Assembly (NCBI GenBank): GCA_943788985.1
Contig: CALSSJ010000032.1
Location: 65,320-129,319, forward strand
DNA from: an uncultured Lentisphaerales bacterium
Lineage (GTDB): Bacteria > Verrucomicrobiota > Lentisphaeria > JABSQK01 > UBA12247
Direction: 5' to 3'
Length of the DNA stretch: 64,000 nucleotides
A program made the position numbers and the translations under genes. This document shows, piece by piece, positions 56,308 through 64,000 of the stretch (within the stretch, counting starts at the first letter, position 1; every line of letters starts with the position of its first letter). Below the pieces are notes generated by a model. The model was given only the letters and a program-made list of their open reading frames with translations, ran no database searches and was not told where the DNA came from.

Positions 56308-56398
56308 AAATACGACGAGCTGTGGTTCTCGCTGGGGAATTGGATGTTGGCCCCTGAAAGAAAAACTGATGCCTCACAAGGTCCAGAGAGCTTATCTC

Positions 56399-56482
56399 AT
56401 CCTGTTGATCCTGTTATCCCGTCCGAAAAAAGGGGCACCCGTCAGGATGATTTTATTGACAGGATAACAGGATCGACAGGAT
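56399..56482. repeat. 25-nt inverted repeat of the triple ACAGGAT element
   Basis: ATCCTGTTGATCCTGTTATCCCGTC ... GACAGGATAACAGGATCGACAGGAT (2 mismatches). Confidence 0.85.
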
Positions 56483-56492
56483 CAAAAATCGA

Positions 56493-57330
56493 ATGAAGAA
56501 CTTTGTTACCATTCTGGGCGCCATCCTGATCGCTGGCTGTAGCCAGCCAGCTGAAACGGCCGAAGAGCGAACGCCGAACACCCCGAAGCCGCAGGCAGAA
56601 AGCGCTCTGCCGTTGCCAGAGAAGACGGTACGAACTGTGCACGTATTCGTGTGGCCCTCTGTGACAACGAGAGCCAGGGCATCGTCCCGGTCCCCGAAAC
56701 GCTGGGGAATGGCGAAGACCCGAGGAACAATCTGTACTGGGGCGCGATGTATGGCATCAAATCCTTCTTCAAGCGAAGCGCGGCATGGTCTCTCGTCGCT
56801 GAGCCGGATAGCCCGCAAAGTGAGGTCCAGGAGCGAGTTGTCTTTAAAGACTCAACGAGGAGCTGCTATCTCGCGGCCGATGCCTATCGCGGTGTGAGCA
56901 TCAAGCAAGCGACGGTTGACTTTCTCAATGCGGCCGCTGGCAATGCCCCAGTCGTCTACGAAGCCGAGGACGAGATCCTGGGGCTGCACGGCAATGCAGA
57001 CTTGGTGGTGCACATCGGCCACAACGGGCTCATGGATTTTAACTTCAAACCAACGCCAGGAACGGGTGCCCGCACGGATAGTAAGGGAGCGATCGTCCTG
57101 GCCTGCAAGAGCAAGCCGTATATCCAGTCACGCTTAGCCAGACTCGGCTGTGAGTCGATTCTTCTGACCACAGGGTCCATGGCCCCAGAGGCCTGTAGGC
57201 TAGAAGCAGCAGTGAACGCTTGGATTGAACAAAAGAACGCGCAACCATTCGCGACCGTGCCGCTGGCGCGTACCATCAGTACCAGAACTGCGGTTTGAGC
57301 GGGGCGACCCGCCTCTTCTTCTCGGAATGA
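56493..57330 (+). pseudogene. Conserved hypothetical lipoprotein, two frameshifts
   Basis: Lipobox LIAGC; VHVFV|ALCDN..GIVPVP..NLYWG; GHNGLMD; final YHQYQNCG in a shifted frame. Confidence 0.7.
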
Positions 57331-57385
57331 GACATGCCGATGGACGGCGAAAACGATCGAAGTAGATGTCGGAGGTAAAATCACT

Positions 57386-58720
57386 GTGACTACAAAAAAG
57401 CCCAATATTCTGTTCTTGCTGCCGGATCAACACCGACCCGACTGGCTCGGCTGTACCCCCGATCTACCGCTGCGTACTCCGAACCTGGACCGTTTATGCG
57501 AGCATGGGGTTCGCTTCAGCAATGCGTTTACGCCATCACCTGTTTGCGCGCCAGCACGTGCCTGTCTGGCCTCCGGCATGGAGTATCGGAGATGTCGGGT
57601 ACCCAGCAACAGGGAGAATTACCCGCCCGATTTACCGACGTACTACCAGCGACTTCGCGACACGGGGTACGAGGTATGCGGGGTGGGAAAGTTTGACCTG
57701 CACAAGGACCTAGGTACTCCGTCGGCAGAGCTCGATTGGCACCTTGATGGATCTCGCTCTCTCGAGCAATGGGGCTTCACCAAGGGCATCGATAACGAGG
57801 GAAAATTTGATGGCAGCGGTTCCTACCGTGCTGCTGGCAAACCGAAAGGCCCTTACCTGAACTATCTGCACCAGCGAGGCTTGGCGCAAGACTATCTGCG
57901 GGAGCACGCGGACTGCAAAAAGAATCGCAACGCGTACATCACGAGTTTGCCGGAAGAGGCCTACTGCGACAACTGGGTGGCCGAGAACGGACTGCGCTTC
58001 CTGCGTGGGTTTGCTGAAGGCCAGCCTTGGCATCTTGTGGTGAACTTTACGGGGCCACACAATCCGATGGACGTCACCCAGCGCATGCACGACGAATGGC
58101 AAGACGTGCAGTTCCCCATGCCGGTCGCGAATGACCAGCCTGGGTACTCTGTGGAAGATCATCAGCGAAACCGTAGACACTACGCCGCGATGATTGAGAA
58201 CATTGACCGACACGTTGGCCGCTACATAGACGCGGTACGCGAGCGCGGAGAACTGGATCATACGCTGATCATCTACTCGAGTGACCATGGCGAAATGCTT
58301 GGAGACCATAGCCGTTGGGGCAAGAGCACGTGGTACACGCCATCAACCGGCATCCCGATGATCCTGGCAGGACCAGGGATCACCAACGGTGTGATCAGTG
58401 AGGCGCTGGTGAGTCTGCATGATCTCACAGCAACCATCTTGGATTATGCAGGGGCAGAACCGCTACCGGCAATGGACTCACGCTCTCTGCGCGGGGTGCT
58501 TGAAGCGAAGAGGGATGAACACCGGCAGCATATCATCAGCGCTCTCGATGACTGGCGCATGGTCACAGACGGTCAGTACAAGCTGGTTTTGCGCCAAGAC
58601 AAACCTGCTCTGCTCTATGAGACAAAGATTGATCCCGCTGAAATGCATGATGTCGCGGCTAGGAACCCAGCCGTGGTACAGCGGCTGACCGCCGTGCTGA
58701 ACGCTAAAAAAACAACATAA
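57386..58720 (+). CDS. Cytoplasmic S1 sulfatase (choline-sulfatase-like)
   Basis: KPNILFLLPDQHR, CAPARA, GKFD, GPHNP, SSDHGEMLGDH; no signal peptide. Confidence 0.92.
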   Translation: MTTKKPNILFLLPDQHRPDWLGCTPDLPLRTPNLDRLCEHGVRFSNAFTPSPVCAPARACLASGMEYRRCRVPSNRENYPPDLPTYYQRLRDTGYEVCGVGKFDLHKDLGTPSAELDWHLDGSRSLEQWGFTKGIDNEGKFDGSGSYRAAGKPKGPYLNYLHQRGLAQDYLREHADCKKNRNAYITSLPEEAYCDNWVAENGLRFLRGFAEGQPWHLVVNFTGPHNPMDVTQRMHDEWQDVQFPMPVANDQPGYSVEDHQRNRRHYAAMIENIDRHVGRYIDAVRERGELDHTLIIYSSDHGEMLGDHSRWGKSTWYTPSTGIPMILAGPGITNGVISEALVSLHDLTATILDYAGAEPLPAMDSRSLRGVLEAKRDEHRQHIISALDDWRMVTDGQYKLVLRQDKPALLYETKIDPAEMHDVAARNPAVVQRLTAVLNAKKTT

Positions 58721-58735
58721 ATAGCGGGGGGCGCC

Positions 58736-60733
58736 TTAATAGCGGATCGTGTCGGTGCTCTCGCTATCCAGCTGCTTCTTCAGCGACCTCACCTGATCCC
58801 GCAACATTGCCGCGCGCTCGAATTCGAGTTTCTGGGATGCTTCCCGCATTTCGTTCTCGATCGCGCCAATAACCTGCTTGAGGTCGTCCAAGTCTCCTTC
58901 GGCCGCCATGAGCGCCGGCTTCTCGGGTTCCTGCGTCTGATCGTAGAGTTTCAGGCTGGACTGAATCGGGCGCACCACAGATCGCGGTGTGATCCCGTTT
59001 TTCTCGTTGAAGATGAGCTGGCGCTCGCGGCGCAGTTCCGTCACGTCCATCATCCGCTTCATGCTGTTGGTGATCGTGTCTGCGTAGAGGATGACGCGAC
59101 CATCCTTATTGCGGGACGCGCGGCCGGCGGTTTGCACCAGCGCCGTCTCAGAGCGCAGAAAGCCTTCCTTGTCTGCGTCCAGAACTGCGACCAGCGCAAC
59201 TTCGGGCAGATCCAGGCCTTCGCGTAGCAGGTTCACCCCGATCAAACAGTCGAAGTCTCCGCGCCGCAAGTCCCGGAGGATCTCCACCCGTTCCAGCGCG
59301 TCGATCTCCGAGTGCATGTACTTCGCCCGCAGATCTAGCTCGTTCAGGTAGTCGGACAGGGCTTCGCTGGTGCGCTTCGTCAGCGTGGTCACCAGGACCC
59401 GCTGGCCTTTCGCCGCGCATTCCTGCACCTCGGCCATGAGGTCGTCCACTTGGTTGGCGAGTGGACGCATTTCTACGATGGGGTCAAGTAGCCCCGTAGG
59501 GCGGGCGACCTGCTCTACCGGCACCGAGTGCTCGATCTCGAATGCGGCTGGCGTCGCGCTCACGCAGACCGTCTGGTTGATCACGTTACAGAACTCATCA
59601 AACTGCAACGGCCGGTTATCCAGCGCACTTGGCAGCCGAAACCCGTGGTTCACCAGCGTTTCCTTGCGGCTGCGGTCTGCGTTGTACATCGCGCGAAGCT
59701 GTGGGATGGTAACGTGGGATTCGTCGATGATGGTGATAAAATCATCCGGAAAATAATCGAGCAGCGTATATGGGCGGGAGCCTAGTTCGCGGGTCGAAAG
59801 ATGGCTGGAGTAGTTCTCGATGCCGTTGCAATAGCCCAGTTCACGCATCATCTCCAAGTCATACTGCGTACGTTGGTAGACGCGCTGGGCTTCGACAAAA
59901 CGGCCGGATTCTTCGAACATGCGCACTTGTGAACGCATCTCTTCGAGAATCGCGCCCTCTGCGTACTTGAGCCGATTCTCCGGCATCATGAAATGCTTGG
60001 CTGGGAAGATCCGCACCGCTTGCAGGGTATGCGTCACGGTCTGCGTCAACGGGTCTCTGGCGGTCAGCCGTTCGACCTCGTCCCCCCATAGCTCGATCCG
60101 AACCACGTCATCTCGATAGGCGGGGTATACGTCTACCGTGTCCCCGGAGACGCGAAACTGCCCGCGGCGTGGGGCGATGTCGTTCCGCTCGTAGAGCAGC
60201 AACACCAACTGCTTCAGCAGTTCATCCCGCTCGACCTGGCCGCCCACATCCAGCGAGACGCTCATGCGTGCGAAATCCTCTGGCGAGCCCAAGCCATAGA
60301 GGCACGAAACGCTGGCGATGATAATCACGTCCCGTCGTTCCACGAGCGAGCTGGTCGCCGCCAGGCGCAGCTTCTCAATCTCCTCGTTGACCGACGCATC
60401 CTTGGCGATGTAGGTGTCCGTCTGCGGGATGTACGCTTCCGGCAGATAGTAGTCGTAGTAGCTGATGAAGTACTCGACCGCATTCTGCGGGAAGAAGTGC
60501 TTGAACTCGCTATAGAGCTGGGCTGCGAGCGTCTTATTGTGCGAGACGATGAGGGCAGGGCGCTGCACCTGCTGCAGCATGTTCGCGATCGTAAAGGTCT
60601 TGCCGGAGCCGGTTACCCCCAGCAACGTCTGATATTTACGATCATCCTTGAGGCCCTGCACAAGCGCGTCAATCGCAGCCGGCTGGTCGCCAGCCGGCGC
60701 GAAATCTGACTGCAGCTTGAACATGTCAGCCAC
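58736..60733 (-). CDS. uvrB: Excinuclease ABC subunit B
   Basis: GDQP, LGVTGSGKT, HNKTLAAQLY, YYDYY.PEAY, DESH, NLLREGLD, FERAA.RD. Confidence 0.98.
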   Translation of the reverse strand: MADMFKLQSDFAPAGDQPAAIDALVQGLKDDRKYQTLLGVTGSGKTFTIANMLQQVQRPALIVSHNKTLAAQLYSEFKHFFPQNAVEYFISYYDYYLPEAYIPQTDTYIAKDASVNEEIEKLRLAATSSLVERRDVIIIASVSCLYGLGSPEDFARMSVSLDVGGQVERDELLKQLVLLLYERNDIAPRRGQFRVSGDTVDVYPAYRDDVVRIELWGDEVERLTARDPLTQTVTHTLQAVRIFPAKHFMMPENRLKYAEGAILEEMRSQVRMFEESGRFVEAQRVYQRTQYDLEMMRELGYCNGIENYSSHLSTRELGSRPYTLLDYFPDDFITIIDESHVTIPQLRAMYNADRSRKETLVNHGFRLPSALDNRPLQFDEFCNVINQTVCVSATPAAFEIEHSVPVEQVARPTGLLDPIVEMRPLANQVDDLMAEVQECAAKGQRVLVTTLTKRTSEALSDYLNELDLRAKYMHSEIDALERVEILRDLRRGDFDCLIGVNLLREGLDLPEVALVAVLDADKEGFLRSETALVQTAGRASRNKDGRVILYADTITNSMKRMMDVTELRRERQLIFNEKNGITPRSVVRPIQSSLKLYDQTQEPEKPALMAAEGDLDDLKQVIGAIENEMREASQKLEFERAAMLRDQVRSLKKQLDSESTDTIRY

Positions 60734-60757
60734 CGTAACTACCCTGAAAAGCTCAGG

Positions 60758-61795
60758 TTAAAGAGCGGCGAGCAGCCGATCTCCGATCTGGCGCGTGTTC
60801 TGCCCTTCGAAGCCTTCGCCGGTGACTGTGGCGAGTGCCTGGTCCACCGCGGCAGCTGCCTCGATCTCACCCAGGTAGTCCAACATCATCTTGACCGTGA
60901 TCACAGTCGCGAGCGGATTGGCGATGCCCTGGCCTGCGATATCTGGTGCAGAGCCATGGACCGGCTCGAACATTGACGGAGCGGTGCGGGTCGGATTCAA
61001 GTTGGCGCTGGCGGCCATGCCCATGCCGCCCTGGGTCATTGCCCCGAGGTCGGTGACGATATCGCCGAACATGTTGGTCGTGACCATCACGTCGAATCGC
61101 TCCGGCTGATTCACCATGTGCATGCACGCAGCATCCACGTGGTAGTACTCTGTGGTGACGTCTGGGAATTCTGCGGCCATTTCGTCATAGACGCGCAGCC
61201 AGAGGTCGAAGACATGGGTCAGGACGTTGCTCTTGCCAATCAGCGCCAGCGTCTTGCGGTCACGCGTCTGGGCCAGCTCGAAGGCGTAGCGCAGGCAGCG
61301 GCTGACTTGCTTGTAGTTGTAGACCATCGACTGCACGGCGCACTCGTCATCGGTGCCGATCATGGTGCGGCCACCGATCCCTGTGTATAGGCCGCCAGTA
61401 TTCTCACGCACGACCACGTAGTCTAGGTCCTTGGCAGTCTTGCCGACGATCGGGCAGTCAATGCCGGGGTACAGCTTGACTGGGCGCAGATTGATGTACT
61501 GGTCTAGGTCAAAGCGCAGCTTGAGCAGAATGCCCTTCTCCAGGATCCCGGGCTTCACATCCGGCGAACCGACAGCTCCCAGAAAGATCAGGTCAAAGTT
61601 GCGCAGTTCCGCCACGGATTCATCGGACAGCACCTCGCCTGTTGCGAGATAGTGCTCGCCGCCAAACGGGAACGTCTTCAGCTCCAGGCCAAAGCCATAG
61701 GTCTTGCGGACCTGTTCCAATACTTCCAAACCAATTGCGACCACTTCGGGTCCAATGCCGTCGCCTGGGACGACCGCCATCTTGTATGTGTTCAT
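60758..61795 (-). CDS. leuB: 3-isopropylmalate dehydrogenase
   Basis: PGDGIGPEV, LLKLRF.LD.YINLRP, NMFGDIVTDL, FEPVHGSAPDIAG. Confidence 0.93.
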   Translation of the reverse strand: MNTYKMAVVPGDGIGPEVVAIGLEVLEQVRKTYGFGLELKTFPFGGEHYLATGEVLSDESVAELRNFDLIFLGAVGSPDVKPGILEKGILLKLRFDLDQYINLRPVKLYPGIDCPIVGKTAKDLDYVVVRENTGGLYTGIGGRTMIGTDDECAVQSMVYNYKQVSRCLRYAFELAQTRDRKTLALIGKSNVLTHVFDLWLRVYDEMAAEFPDVTTEYYHVDAACMHMVNQPERFDVMVTTNMFGDIVTDLGAMTQGGMGMAASANLNPTRTAPSMFEPVHGSAPDIAGQGIANPLATVITVKMMLDYLGEIEAAAAVDQALATVTGEGFEGQNTRQIGDRLLAAL

Positions 61796-61844
61796 CGTCT
61801 TTTTCTTATTCTCTACGGATTGAAATTCAGTTAAAAATTAAGAT

Positions 61845-62910
61845 TCAGGAACTGCAGCCGCCGCTGCCGCAACTGCCGCCGCCACTGCAGCTGCCTACTT
61901 CTTCCAAGCCAAAACCGAGATCATCGATCATGTCACGGTCCTGCTGAGAGTCCTGCCCATCGGTCGTCAGATAGTCGCCCAGGAAGATCGAATTGGCGGC
62001 AAACAACGCCAACGGCTGCAACGAGCGCAGCCGAATCTCACGGCCGCCAGCCACGCGTATCTCGCGGTCAGGGCAGACAAAGCGAAACATCGCCAAAATG
62101 CGCAGGCAGTCGTACGGCGTCAGCGGAGCCTGGTCGCCCATTGGCGTTCCAGCGATCGGTATCAGGAAGTTGATCGGAATCGACTCAGCGCCCATGGCGT
62201 GTAGTTCGAACGCCATATCCACCCGGTCGTCGTCAGTCTCACCCATTCCTACGATCGCACCCGAGCATGGTGAAATGCCTACGGATTTCGCATCGTTCAC
62301 CGTCTCAACACGGTCGTCGTAGGTATGCGTCGAGACGATCGCCTCATGATGCCGCCTGCTGGTATTGATGTTGTGGTTGTAGCGATCTACACCCGCATCC
62401 TTGAGCTGGTCCGCTTGGCCTTCTTTCAATAAACCCAGACAGGCACAGATTCGAATCGGCATCTCCTGCTTGATCTCCCGCACCGCGTCAGTCACGTGCG
62501 TCAATTCCTTGGGCGTTGGGCCTCGGCCGCTGGCGACAATGCAATAGGTTTGACGCGCCGCGGTCCCGTGCCTCACGGGCACCCGCTACCAGCGTGTCCT
62601 TGTCCAGCAATGGGTAACGATCGATGCCGGTATCCGCACCGCGAGCTTGGGAGCAATAATTACAATCTTCCGGGCACAGGCCGCTCTTTGCGTTCACCAG
62701 CATATTCAGCTTCATTTCTGTGCCGAAGTTGTGCCGTCGCAGGAGAAACGCTGCATCCAGCAGCCCGAGAATTTCCACATCATCTACAGCTAGGATCTGC
62801 CGTGCTTCAGCGCGGGTCAGGCTTTCACCTGAAATCACACGTTCGGCTCGTTCCCGCCAGTCAACCCGAGTCGCAGCATTCTCAGCTGCCGGTGGCTCCA
62901 TCACAATCAT
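61845..62910 (-). CDS. bioB: Biotin synthase, one +1 frameshift near 62550
   Basis: [51 protein letters not shown]. Confidence 0.93.
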
Positions 62911-63210
62911 TGGTCTGTCCTGGTCTCTGCGCGCAAAAGGTCAAACCGATTAATCTAGCAGAGTGCGGCTCATTCGTCTACTTCGCCACGGACCTGTGGT
63001 GTTTCTAGGGGCTCTTGACTTGATCTCTTCGGGCAGGCTGCTAGCCGGTGCAGGATGCGCAATTCCGCCTCACGCCAGATAAAAATTGTACGAGTCTGCC
63101 TGGCTCTGGCATCAAATGTGCTAGGCGGGGCCAGAACTTGTGGTTTTCTCCAATTGAGACTATCTTGGAATTGATAAGAAACCACAATCCTGAGCAACAG
63201 GGGGCCCGCC

Positions 63211-63717
63211 ATGCTTCAGTTCCACGCCACATCCGTACCGCAGGTCAGCGACTTCATGACTGAAACGGTAATCGTGCTAAAACCGGGACAAACCATGTGG
63301 CGAGCGGTGAAGATCCTGCTCGATGGTCGCATCTCTGGGGCACCCGTGATCGACGACGAGTACAACGTGATGGGGATTCTCTCCGAGCGCGACTGCGTCC
63401 TCTTTTTGGTGAATGCCCGCTACTACGAGGGCGCGACCGGCACGGTCGAGGAGCACATGTCCAAGGGCGTGATCAGCATCAGCCAGGATGCAGACATCTT
63501 CGCCGCGGCAGACTTGTTCCGCAAACATAATTTCCGGCGTCTGCCGGTGCTCGATGGCAATCGTCTGGTCGGGATTCTCAGCCGTCGCGATGTGATGAGA
63601 ACCGGGATGATGATGTGGAAACCACGCGAGACTGACGGTGCTCCCTTCGTGCCGGACAATCTCAAGAGCCGGGTCGAAGTGCCACACATTGTCACTCGCC
63701 CCGACTTCCACGGCTAG
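63211..63717 (+). CDS. CBS-domain protein
   Basis: VSDFM..ISGAPVID..GILSERD; V.EHM..RRLPV..VGILSRRD. Confidence 0.9.
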   Translation: MLQFHATSVPQVSDFMTETVIVLKPGQTMWRAVKILLDGRISGAPVIDDEYNVMGILSERDCVLFLVNARYYEGATGTVEEHMSKGVISISQDADIFAAADLFRKHNFRRLPVLDGNRLVGILSRRDVMRTGMMMWKPRETDGAPFVPDNLKSRVEVPHIVTRPDFHG

Positions 63718-63809
63718 CAGTCCTGCTCGTAGATCTCCGCTGAAACTGGCGCATCTCGCAGCGGCGGGTATTTTACCCAGCTTTATGTGAGACTACCCGA
63801 GGACTGATC

Positions 63810-63965
63810 ATGTCACAAGAGATCGTAAAATTGGTATCCAGCGAAGGCACTGGATTCTTTTATACCACGACCCGCAATTCCCGTCTTGGTAAGAAGCTTG
63901 AACTGCGTAAGTACGACCCAGTCGCACGGAAACATTGCGTATTCAAAGAAGCCAAGATGAAGTAA
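63810..63965 (+). CDS. rpmG: 50S ribosomal protein L33 (zinc-free form)
   Basis: Not in the ORF track; translated by hand as [51 protein letters not shown], with GAGGA RBS. Confidence 0.95.
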   Translation: MSQEIVKLVSSEGTGFFYTTTRNSRLGKKLELRKYDPVARKHCVFKEAKMK

Positions 63966-64000
63966 GGAGCCGGACCACGGTTCCCCTTCCAGATAGCCAG

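Noticed and set aside
56320..56395. Riboswitch-like segment (..AAAACTGATGCCTC..)
   Set aside because: I could not fit any riboswitch consensus; an Rfam scan would be needed.
56399..56482. CRISPR array or simple intrinsic terminator
   Set aside because: No repeat-spacer series, and no U-tract directly after the hairpin in the gene direction.
62911..63210. BirA operator upstream of bioB
   Set aside because: Only a half-site-like GTCAAACC, with no inverted partner.

Overview
A bacterial chromosomal window of roughly 60% GC, most likely from a PVC-superphylum organism (Lentisphaerae/Kiritimatiellae-like). This is an inference from the planctomycete-type cytochrome c domains, many sulfatases, PPi-type PEPCK and the style of the secreted proteins. 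Core genes with intact reading frames: secDF, yajC, asnS, actP, bioF, an unusual coaD-coaE fusion, pal, uvrB, leuB and rpmG. Two kinds of lesion occur. (i) Single-base +1 insertions in short homopolymers break otherwise clean genes (PPi-PEPCK, GT4, bioB, the giant surface protein) and look like sequencing error. (ii) Nonsense codons, lost catalytic residues and large deletions that join unrelated genes are confined to accessory genes and look like real genome erosion. Examples of (ii): a collapsed nap operon, prkA joined to a surface-protein remnant, a Gfo/Idh/MocA-sulfatase chimera and a cytochrome c-sulfatase chimera. A sulfatase/glycoside-hydrolase island (~38.4-58.7 kb) is studded with triple 9-10-nt periodic repeats, two of them arranged as inverted repeats. 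Two candidate C-terminal export/anchoring signals occur on secreted proteins. I recognised no rRNA, tRNA, CRISPR array, transposase, integrase or reverse transcriptase.
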